Source: a virus
Lineage: Duplodnaviria; Heunggongvirae; Uroviricota; Caudoviricetes
Length of the DNA: 5,669 nucleotides
Direction: 5' to 3' (one strand)
Virus record (IMG/VR): IMGVR_UViG_3300029253_000142
The stretch's first letter is position 1; each line of letters starts with the position of its first letter. Of the stretch, positions 1 to 5,309 are shown piece by piece. Below the pieces are notes generated by a model. The model was not told the DNA's origin and ran no database searches. It was given only the letters and a program-made list of their open reading frames with translations. The translations under genes were made by a program, and so were the position numbers.

Positions 1-102
1 ACTACTTATTTGGTGGACACCACTTTGTCTAATTCGTCAGATTCTGACCAGACGGTTCAGGCTGTACGCTTACGTTTTATCAGGGGAATTATCGGGAGGT
101 GA
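1..102 (+). CDS. 3' end of an upstream gene (partial, product unknown)
   Basis: Frame 1 is open from position 1 to a TGA at 100-102 (TTYLVDTTLSNSSDSDQTVQAVRLRFIRGIIGR*). The Shine-Dalgarno of the next gene (GGGAGG, 94-99) lies within its last codons, an operon-like arrangement. Too short to assign a product. Confidence 0.3.
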   Translation, partial: TTYLVDTTLSNSSDSDQTVQAVRLRFIRGIIGR

Positions 103-106
103 TGCT

Positions 107-340
107 GTGAGTACATCGGCTACCATTCTCGACATGTGCTGTGGCAGTCGCATGCTCTGGTTCGATAAGAATGACGAATGGTCGATATTTAGCGATATCA
201 GGAAAGAGGAACATTCGCTATGTGATGGACGTCACCCGATTATTAATCCCGACATTATAGCTGATTTTCGTGCGCTGCCGTGGTTGTCTGCTTTGCATCA
301 AAAGCAGACATTACCAGATTTAGACATCTGTTTCCGATAG
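107..340 (+). CDS. 77-aa hypothetical protein; N-terminus resembles a class I SAM-dependent methyltransferase fragment (possible remnant)
   Basis: GTG start at 107 is preceded by a strong SD (GGGAGG, 94-99). Residues ILDMCCGS resemble SAM-binding motif I (hhDxGCGxG) and [10 protein letters not shown] resembles the DAxxLPF motif of small-molecule methyltransferases. At 77 aa it is too short to be a complete methyltransferase fold. Confidence 0.45.
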   Translation: MSTSATILDMCCGSRMLWFDKNDEWSIFSDIRKEEHSLCDGRHPIINPDIIADFRALPWLSALHQKQTLPDLDICFR

Positions 341-393
341 CCCGTTCTGATGCTACACTTTTTGCTATTTTCATGAACCTCATAAACACATTT

Positions 394-1059
394 ATGACTG
401 TTGCTGATTTCAAACGCCCCAAATTGGAGCTCCCAAACGGGGCAAAAAAACTATTACTGCACTCTTGCTGTGCTCCATGTTCCGGTGAAGTGATGGAGGC
501 GCTTCAGGCCTCGGGAATCGACTACACCATCTTTTTCTACAACCCGAACATTCATCCTCAGAAAGAGTATTTAATTCGTAAGGATGAGAATATTCGCTTT
601 GCTAAACAACACGGCGTGCCATTTATTGATGCTGATTACGACACAGACAACTGGTTTGAGCGAGCCAAAGGAATGGAATGGGAGCCTGAACGAGGGATCC
701 GTTGTACCATGTGTTTTGACATGCGTTTTGAGCGGACTGCGCTGTATGCCGCTGAAAATGGTTTCAGTGTGATCAGTAGCTCACTGGGCATTTCACGCTG
801 GAAAAATATGCAGCAGGTTAACGACTGTGGACGGCGAGCCGTCGCGTATTATCCGGGCATGGTGTACTGGGATTATAACTGGCGAAAGCAGGGCGGCTCT
901 TCCCGCATGATTGAAATCAGCAAGCGCGAACAATTCTATCAGCAGGAATATTGTGGCTGCGTGTATTCACTGCGCGATACCAATCTACACCGCAAATCTC
1001 AGGGACGCCCTCTAATCAAAATTGGTCAACTCCACTACGGTAAAGAAGGCCAGGAATGA
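394..1059 (+). CDS. queH: QueH-like epoxyqueuosine reductase homolog (DUF208 family)
   Basis: Long ORF with CCAPC (466-480), CTMC and CGC cysteine motifs, consistent with my recollection of the QueH/DUF208 family. Start is uncertain: ATG 394 is preferred, ATG 373 and the ORF-track start 280 are alternatives, and none has a clear SD. Stop is TGA 1057-1059. Confidence 0.75.
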   Translation: MTVADFKRPKLELPNGAKKLLLHSCCAPCSGEVMEALQASGIDYTIFFYNPNIHPQKEYLIRKDENIRFAKQHGVPFIDADYDTDNWFERAKGMEWEPERGIRCTMCFDMRFERTALYAAENGFSVISSSLGISRWKNMQQVNDCGRRAVAYYPGMVYWDYNWRKQGGSSRMIEISKREQFYQQEYCGCVYSLRDTNLHRKSQGRPLIKIGQLHYGKEGQE

Positions 1060-1138
1060 TTTTATATTATGCCAACGGAGCGTAGCAGTGTTTCTATATA
1101 TAGTACGCCTACCTTAATTTTCAAATAATCATGATTAA

Positions 1139-1173
1139 TGAGCAGGTCATCAGTGCAAGCAATGACCTGCTCA
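1139..1173 (+). terminator. Perfect 12-bp inverted repeat (TGAGCAGGTCAT / ATGACCTGCTCA, 11-nt loop) downstream of the queH-like gene; possible terminator or protein-binding site
   Basis: Arms at 1139-1150 and 1162-1173 are exact reverse complements. The downstream sequence TCTTGTTG is only weakly T-rich, so terminator function is uncertain. Confidence 0.3.
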
Positions 1174-1467
1174 TCTTGTTGAAATTAGAGGAAATCTTGC
1201 AGCCATGATATGGCTTAAAATAACGTTTGATTATTTTACCTGCTGTTTGTCCCTGGTTTAAAGTCGGTTGTCTGATTTGATTACGCGCAACTGACGCTTA
1301 CGTATTGAAGTAACGAGCACGAAGACACATATTTATCAGTGCCTGTATACGTCAAGAGCAGGAGATTTATGTGCTGGTTCTCAAATGCACGCTGGCTATT
1401 GTGGCTGTAATGGCAATTTATTGTCTTGTTATTGTTCTTATGGATCACCTTTCTGATTGATTTCATA

Positions 1468-1496
1468 TTGGAGAGGTAACGGTAGTTAAGTAGAAT
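1468..1496 (+). promoter_or_regulatory. Candidate sigma70 promoter for the hok mRNA (TTGGAG-N17-TAGAAT)
   Basis: -35 TTGGAG at 1468-1473, 17-bp spacer, -10 TAGAAT at 1491-1496. The predicted transcription start near 1503 coincides with the 5' segment that is complementary to the 3' end of the hok transcript. Confidence 0.4.
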
Positions 1497-1559
1497 GGCT
1501 GCGGGTGCTTGAGGCTATCTGCCTCGGGCATGAACACCAACGGCAGATAGAGAAAAGCC

Positions 1560-1625
1560 CCAGTTAACATTACGCGTCCTGCAAGACGCTTAACATTAAT
1601 CTGAGGCCAATTTCATGCTAGACAC
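1560..1625 (-). ncRNA. Candidate Sok-like antisense RNA covering the mok translation-initiation region
   Basis: By analogy with hok/sok loci, Sok is encoded antisense to the mok SD/start. A weak minus-strand promoter (TTGCCT, plus 1658-1653; TAACCT, plus 1635-1630) would start transcription near 1623. A hairpin GCGTC/GACGC (1574-1589) is flanked by a 9-bp direct repeat TTAACATTA. Boundaries are guesses. Confidence 0.2.
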
Positions 1626-1827
1626 ATGTAGGTTAGCCTCTTACGTGCCGAAAGGCAAGGAGAAGCAGGCTATGAAGCAGCAAAAGGCGATGTTAATCGC
1701 CCTGATCGTCATCTGTTTAACCGTCATAGTGACGGCACTGGTAACGAGGAAAGACCTCTGCGAGGTACGAATCCGAACCGGCCAGACGGAGGTCGCTGTC
1801 TTCACAGCTTACGAACCTGAGGAGTAA
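1615..1827 (+). CDS. mok-like reading frame (in-frame upstream extension of hok)
   Basis: ATG at 1615 with GAGG at 1603-1606 upstream; 70 codons in the same frame and with the same stop as hok, matching the Mok/Hok arrangement as I recall it from annotated chromosomal hok loci. Confidence 0.4.
   Translation: MLDTCRLASYVPKGKEKQAMKQQKAMLIALIVICLTVIVTALVTRKDLCEVRIRTGQTEVAVFTAYEPEE
1672..1827 (+). CDS. hokD: Hok/Gef-family type I toxin, 51 aa, matching HokD (RelF) as recalled
   Basis: Translation MKQQKAMLIALIVICLTVIVTALVTRKDLCEVRIRTGQTEVAVFTAYEPEE has a single transmembrane helix and the Hok signature, and matches my recollection of HokD/RelF. Strong SD AAGGAG (1656-1661) precedes ATG 1672; stop TAA at 1825-1827. 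Confidence 0.9.
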   Translation: MKQQKAMLIALIVICLTVIVTALVTRKDLCEVRIRTGQTEVAVFTAYEPEE

Positions 1828-1834
1828 GAGACCC

Positions 1835-1856
1835 GGCGAGGGAGAAATCCCTCGCC
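1835..1856 (+). promoter_or_regulatory. Perfect 9-bp stem with GAAA tetraloop in the hok 3' UTR
   Basis: GGCGAGGGA (1835-1843), GAAA loop, TCCCTCGCC (1848-1856), immediately after the hok stop codon. Plausibly part of the folded hok mRNA 3' region. Confidence 0.45.
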
Positions 1857-1895
1857 ACCTCTGATGTGGCAGGCATTCTCAACGCACCCGCACTT

Positions 1896-1926
1896 AACCC
1901 GCTTCGGCGGGTTTTTGTTTTTATTT
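1896..1926 (+). terminator. Rho-independent terminator of the hok transcript
   Basis: Stem CCCGC (1898-1902) / GCGGG (1907-1911) with TTCG loop, followed by TTTTTGTTTTTATTTT. Confidence 0.7.
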
Positions 1927-2043
1927 TCAACGCATTTGAAGTTCTGGACGGTGCCGGAATAGAATCAAAAATACTTAAGTAGCGCGCAGGGATAAGAGGG
2001 ATGGTCCCTTAAAGGGGAGAGCTAATTATCCGGAAGGATTCTG

Positions 2044-2295
2044 ATGATGAACATCGAAGAACTGCGTAAAATTTTTTGTGAAGATGGCCTCTATGCTGTG
2101 TGCGTTGAAAATGGAAATATTGTTAGTCATTACCGCATTGTGTGTTTGCAAAAAAATGGGGCTGCGTTAATTAATTTTGTGGATGCCCGAGTGACGGACG
2201 GATTTATCTTGCGCGACGGTGAGTTTGTCACTTCATTACAGGTATTGAAAGAGCTCGGAATAAAAGCTGGCTTTTTTGCTTTTTCAGAAGAATAA
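2044..2295 (+). CDS. rem: Rem-like small protein (83 aa), function unknown
   Basis: ORF with SD GGAAGGA (2032-2038) before ATG 2044. The 83-aa length and its position between hokD and a ydfU-like gene match the rem gene of the K-12 Qin prophage. The symbol is assigned from synteny and size, not from a remembered sequence. Confidence 0.6.
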   Translation: MMNIEELRKIFCEDGLYAVCVENGNIVSHYRIVCLQKNGAALINFVDARVTDGFILRDGEFVTSLQVLKELGIKAGFFAFSEE

Positions 2296-2361
2296 ACTCA
2301 TCTACAATCTTGCGCGGGGCTGAACTCCTGCTGAGTAACACCGTGCCACCGGAGAAAACCG

Positions 2362-2640
2362 ATGGCACGCAACGCAAAATATTACAAACATGATAATTCG
2401 ACCGTTCTTGCCCACACGCACGAGCGGTATTCTCACGCATTTAAGTCAGACTGGTACCAGCATCCCCCATGCACTGAAGAACAGGCCGAATGGCTCATTC
2501 AGTGTTACCGCAGGCGCGGATGCGAGGTTAAAAAAGCCCTTAGCCTCGACTACCGTCACTGGATAATCTCCGTCAGGCTTCCTTACTCCGAACGCCCACC
2601 GCGTCCGTCCCGCACATTCCAGCAACGCATCTGGAGGTAA
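2362..2640 (+). CDS. Hypothetical protein, 92 aa, apparently translationally coupled to the ydfU-like gene
   Basis: SD GGAGA (2351-2355) before ATG 2362. Stop TAA at 2638-2640 lies 1 nt before the GTG start of the next gene. No recognisable family. Confidence 0.45.
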   Translation: MARNAKYYKHDNSTVLAHTHERYSHAFKSDWYQHPPCTEEQAEWLIQCYRRRGCEVKKALSLDYRHWIISVRLPYSERPPRPSRTFQQRIWR

Positions 2641-2641
2641 C

Positions 2642-3691
2642 GTGCGGGTATTACTTCGACCTGTTCTGGTACCGGAGCTCGGGCTGGTGATCGTTAAGCC
2701 GGGCCGTGAATCCATGCCGGTATTCCACAATACCCGGGTACTGGTGGAGCCGGAACCGAAAAGCATGCGTAATCTGTCGTCCGGGGTCGTTCCTGCCGTT
2801 CGCCAGCCGCTGGCGGAGGATAAATCATTACTGCCATTTTTCAGCGACGAACGAGTGATTCGTGCTGCTGGTGGTGCTGGCGCATTGTCTGACTGGTTAC
2901 TGCGCCATGTTAAATCCTGCCAGTGGCCACACGGCGATTATCACCACAGTGAAACCGTCATTCACCGTTATGGTACCGGCGCAATGGTGTTGTGCTGGCA
3001 CTGCGACAACCAGCTGCGTGACCAGACATCCGAATCACTCGGGCAACTTGCTCATCAAAACCTGTCTGCATGGATGATTGACGTCATCGGTCACGCAATA
3101 AGCGGTACGCAGGAGCGTGAATTATCTCTGGCTGAATTATCCTGGTGGGCGGTCCGCAATCAGGTGGCGGACGCGCTACCGGAAGCGGTATTACGTCGTT
3201 CGCTGGGGTTGCGTGCGGAAAAAATCCGCTCAATGTACCGTGAAAGCGACATCGTACCGGGAGAGCAGACCGCCACCAGCATACTGAAACAGCGCACAAA
3301 AAATCTTGCGCCGCTGCCTCACGCCCACCAGCAACAGAACCCACCACAGGAAAAGGCGGTGGTCAGTATCGCCGTTGATCCGGAGTCTCCGGAATCTTTC
3401 ATGAAGCGGCCTAAACGTCGCCGTTGGGTAAATGAGAAATACAAACGCTGGGTAAAGACACAGCCGTGCGTGTGTTGTGGTAAGCCAGCCGACGATCCCC
3501 ATCACCTGATTGGTCATGGTCAGGGAGGTATGGGGACAAAAGCCCACGATATTTTCACGCTACCGCTGTGTCGGGAGCATCACAACGAGCTTCATGCGGA
3601 TCCGCTGGCGTTCGAAGAAAAGCATGGTTCTCAGGTTGATTTAATTTTTCGTTTTCTTGATCACGCCTTTGCAACTGGCGTGCTTGGGTAA
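2642..3691 (+). CDS. ydfU: YdfU-like DUF968 protein (349 aa) with Cys/His-rich, HNH/zinc-finger-like motifs
   Basis: GTG 2642 preceded by SD GGAGG (2633-2637). The C-terminus carries CVCCGKP...HH...CREHHNELH and an internal CQWPHGDYHH...CWHCDNQ cluster. Size and position upstream of Q match Qin-prophage YdfU. Confidence 0.8.
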   Translation: MRVLLRPVLVPELGLVIVKPGRESMPVFHNTRVLVEPEPKSMRNLSSGVVPAVRQPLAEDKSLLPFFSDERVIRAAGGAGALSDWLLRHVKSCQWPHGDYHHSETVIHRYGTGAMVLCWHCDNQLRDQTSESLGQLAHQNLSAWMIDVIGHAISGTQERELSLAELSWWAVRNQVADALPEAVLRRSLGLRAEKIRSMYRESDIVPGEQTATSILKQRTKNLAPLPHAHQQQNPPQEKAVVSIAVDPESPESFMKRPKRRRWVNEKYKRWVKTQPCVCCGKPADDPHHLIGHGQGGMGTKAHDIFTLPLCREHHNELHADPLAFEEKHGSQVDLIFRFLDHAFATGVLG

Positions 3692-3703
3692 AAGAGGTGA
3701 CTG

Positions 3704-4063
3704 ATGCTCATAGATTTGGTTTTACCTTACCCGCCGACGGTGAACACTTACTGGCGACGCCGTGGCAGCACATATTTTATCTCGGAGGAGGGAAAGCGTT
3801 ATCGCCGGGCTGTGGCGCTTATTGTTCGCCAGCAGCGGCTGAAATTAAGCCTGTCCGGAAGGCTGGTAATCAGGATTATTGCAGAGCCACCGGATAATCG
3901 CCGTCGCGACCTGGACAATATCCTGAAAGCGCCGCTGGATGCGCTGACGCATGCAGGACTGTTAATGGACGATGAGCAGTTTGATGAAATCAATATTGTA
4001 CGTGGCCAGCCAGTATCAGGTGGACGGCTGGAGATAAAAATTACAGAGGTGGGGTGTGCATGA
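3704..4063 (+). CDS. rusA: RusA-family crossover junction endodeoxyribonuclease (Holliday junction resolvase)
   Basis: 119 aa with the conserved RusA pattern (PDNRRRDLDN, LDAL, GGRLE near the C-terminus), closely paralleling E. coli RusA as I recall it. SD AAGAGGT (3692-3698) precedes ATG 3704. Confidence 0.9.
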   Translation: MLIDLVLPYPPTVNTYWRRRGSTYFISEEGKRYRRAVALIVRQQRLKLSLSGRLVIRIIAEPPDNRRRDLDNILKAPLDALTHAGLLMDDEQFDEINIVRGQPVSGGRLEIKITEVGCA

Positions 4064-4749
4064 ATAACCAGTATTTACAGTTTGTTCGTGAGCAACTCAT
4101 GATTGCCACAGCGGATCTCAGTGGGCCGACAAAAGGCCAGCTGGAAGCCTGGCAGGAAAATGCCCTGTTCGATACAGGGCGTTACAGACGCAAAAAAATT
4201 CGTTACCGCGATGAGGTAACCGGAAAAATGATCACGCGGGATAACCCACCGATCCCGGGTAAACAATCACTGGCGAAAGGCTCATCAATTGCGCTGGTCA
4301 GTCCGGTTGAGTTTGCAACATCATCGTGGCGGCGTGCCGTTCTGGAACTGGAAGAACATCAGAAGGCGTGGTTGTTGTGGTGTTATGGCGGAAACATTTG
4401 CTGGGAGCATCAGATCGCGATAACGCAGTGGGTGTGGAGTGAATTTAAAACTCAGTCCGGCTCCAGAAAAATTGCAGTGAAAACGCTGGAGCGTGTGAAG
4501 AAGTTGATCTGGCTGGCGGCACAGGATGTCAGAGGATGGGTTACCGGGTGTGAGGTCTACCAGAGACAGGAGCTTGCCAGACTGTGTGGAGTTAAGCCTG
4601 ATAACTGGAGCCATAATTATGCGAACTACTGGCGTGAGATGTGCGATATTTTTAAGCGCCTCGATAGAGAATCCTTGATTTGCTCCGTGAAAATAAGAGC
4701 GCAACAAAAAGCGACCTTTTCACGACGAGATATTGCAAAAGTCAATTAA
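4060..4749 (+). CDS. Putative late-gene antitermination protein Q (QuuQ/YdfT-like)
   Basis: 229-aa ORF whose ATG (4060) overlaps the rusA stop (ATGA), with SD GAGGT at 4046-4050. It sits directly downstream of rusA/ydfU, where lambdoid phages carry Q, and is followed by promoter-like elements and an intrinsic terminator. The assignment is mainly positional; I do not recognise the Q fold from sequence. Confidence 0.55.
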   Translation: MNNQYLQFVREQLMIATADLSGPTKGQLEAWQENALFDTGRYRRKKIRYRDEVTGKMITRDNPPIPGKQSLAKGSSIALVSPVEFATSSWRRAVLELEEHQKAWLLWCYGGNICWEHQIAITQWVWSEFKTQSGSRKIAVKTLERVKKLIWLAAQDVRGWVTGCEVYQRQELARLCGVKPDNWSHNYANYWREMCDIFKRLDRESLICSVKIRAQQKATFSRRDIAKVN

Positions 4750-4761
4750 ATCGCGTATGTT
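4733..4761 (+). promoter_or_regulatory. Candidate late promoter (PR'-like, TTGCAA-N17-TATGTT) overlapping the Q stop codon, with -10-like repeats downstream
   Basis: -35 TTGCAA at 4733-4738, 17-bp spacer, -10 TATGTT at 4756-4761. -10-like elements TATAAA (4765-4770) and GATATT (4774-4779) fall in the predicted early transcribed region, reminiscent of sigma-dependent pause elements at qut sites. Not validated. Confidence 0.25.
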
Positions 4762-4810
4762 TCGTATAAATCTGATATTTTGCCGATTTTGTACGTGATG
4801 GCAAAGTAAG

Positions 4811-4839
4811 AAAAAACCACCGCCAGGTGGTTTTTTTTA
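4811..4839 (+). terminator. Rho-independent terminator after Q (possible tR'), A-tract/T-tract flanked
   Basis: AAAAAA, stem CCACC (4817-4821) / GGTGG (4826-4830) with GCCA loop, then TTTTTTTT (4831-4838). The symmetric A/T flanks mean it could terminate in both directions. Confidence 0.7.
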
Positions 4840-4961
4840 TGTCCGAAAATCGCGTCAGTACAGTAAATGCGCTGGTGGCGGTGAATACCTGTCTTTCAGC
4901 TTGCTGGCTTTTTCGACAAGAGTTATTGGTGTGTCACGTTAACCGGAAAAGGGAAAAAGAC

Positions 4962-5159
4962 ATGCTAAAACAGCAGGATATGACAGAAACCGCCAGAGTA
5001 GTGTTTAATGAATTAAGCGTTACCGAACCGGCGACAGTCGGGGAGATTGCACAGAATACTTACCTTTCACGCGAACGCTGCCAGTTAATACTGACCCAGC
5101 TGGTTATGGCGGGTCTGGCAGACTATCAGTTCGGTTGTTACAGACGCCTTCCGCAGTGA
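4962..5159 (+). CDS. Small hypothetical protein (about 66 aa) of unknown function
   Basis: ATG 4962 is preceded by AAGGGA (about 4948-4953). The sequence MLKQQDMTETARVVFNELSVTEPATVGEIAQNTYLSRERCQLILTQLVMAGLADY has the feel of a helix-turn-helix or winged-helix regulator, but this is only an impression. The in-frame ATG 4839 is an alternative start but lies in the terminator T-tract with no SD. Confidence 0.5.
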   Translation: MLKQQDMTETARVVFNELSVTEPATVGEIAQNTYLSRERCQLILTQLVMAGLADYQFGCYRRLPQ

Positions 5160-5172
5160 AGGCTTTTTTATT
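5146..5172 (+). terminator. Rho-independent terminator at the end of the small ORF
   Basis: Stem GCCTTC (5146-5151) / GAAGGC (5158-5163), 6-nt loop containing the stop codon, followed by TTTTTTATTT. Confidence 0.6.
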
Positions 5173-5186
5173 TGTGGTAAATGGGC

Positions 5187-5217
5187 GGCTGGTGGGTGTT
5201 AGGGGCACCCACCAGCC
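5187..5217. repeat. Perfect 12-bp GC-rich inverted repeat (GGCTGGTGGGTG / CACCCACCAGCC, 7-nt loop)
   Basis: Exact reverse-complement arms at 5187-5198 and 5206-5217. No U-tract follows on either strand, so it is not a classical terminator; function unknown. Confidence 0.5.
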
Positions 5218-5258
5218 ATCTGCTCATGCGTCCGGATCACAAGCAAACCTCAGGCCCA

Positions 5259-5277
5259 CTGCTTTGCGCAAAAGCAG
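5259..5277. promoter_or_regulatory. Palindrome CTGCTTTGCGCAAAAGCAG about 33 bp upstream of the methyltransferase start; candidate operator
   Basis: 7-bp arms CTGCTTT / AAAGCAG around a GCGCA centre, with a perfectly palindromic TTTGCGCAAA core. Its position suggests a regulator-binding site in the methyltransferase promoter region. Confidence 0.3.
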
Positions 5278-5309
5278 AATGAGCCTATCAGAGACAGGCT
5301 TAATGATCC

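Noticed and set aside
280-393. N-terminal extension of the queH-like ORF (ORF-track start at 280)
   Set aside because: It overlaps the 3' end of the 107-340 ORF in another frame, has no SD, and the family motif (CCAPC) begins shortly after ATG 394. Internal ATGs at 373 or 394 are more plausible starts.
584-772. 62-aa + strand ORF
   Set aside because: Lies entirely inside the queH-like gene in another frame; considered an overlapping-frame artefact.
1281-1466. 61-aa minus-strand ORF in the AT-rich region upstream of hok
   Set aside because: No SD, low-complexity N/K/H-rich translation, and it sits where the hok promoter and leader are expected; likely a chance ORF in AT-rich DNA.
1060-1670. 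relB/relE antitoxin-toxin genes expected upstream of hokD by analogy with K-12
   Set aside because: No ORF of suitable size or orientation is present. The region instead carries hok promoter/leader features, so this hokD copy is not part of a relBEF operon.
2228-2766. Minus-strand ORFs 2228-2440 and 2446-2766
   Set aside because: Antisense shadows of rem, the 92-aa ORF and the ydfU start, which are better supported with SDs and coupling.
2862-3547. ORFs 2862-3077 (+), 3084-3347 (-), 3230-3547 (-)
   Set aside because: All lie within the ydfU-like gene in alternative frames or antisense; no independent support.
3697-3993. ORFs 3697-3897 (+) and 3799-3993 (-)
   Set aside because: They overlap rusA, whose frame matches the RusA family motifs; these are alternative-frame artefacts.
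4075-4707. Minus-strand ORFs 4075-4266 and 4321-4707
   Set aside because: Antisense to the putative Q gene, with no start signals; shadow ORFs.
4827-4961. Upstream start (GTG 4827 or ATG 4839) for the small ORF, giving a 110-aa product
   Set aside because: Those starts sit inside the terminator hairpin/T-tract with no SD, and the extra N-terminal residues are Cys/Trp-rich and not protein-like. ATG 4962 with AAGGGA upstream is preferred, though the longer form cannot be excluded.
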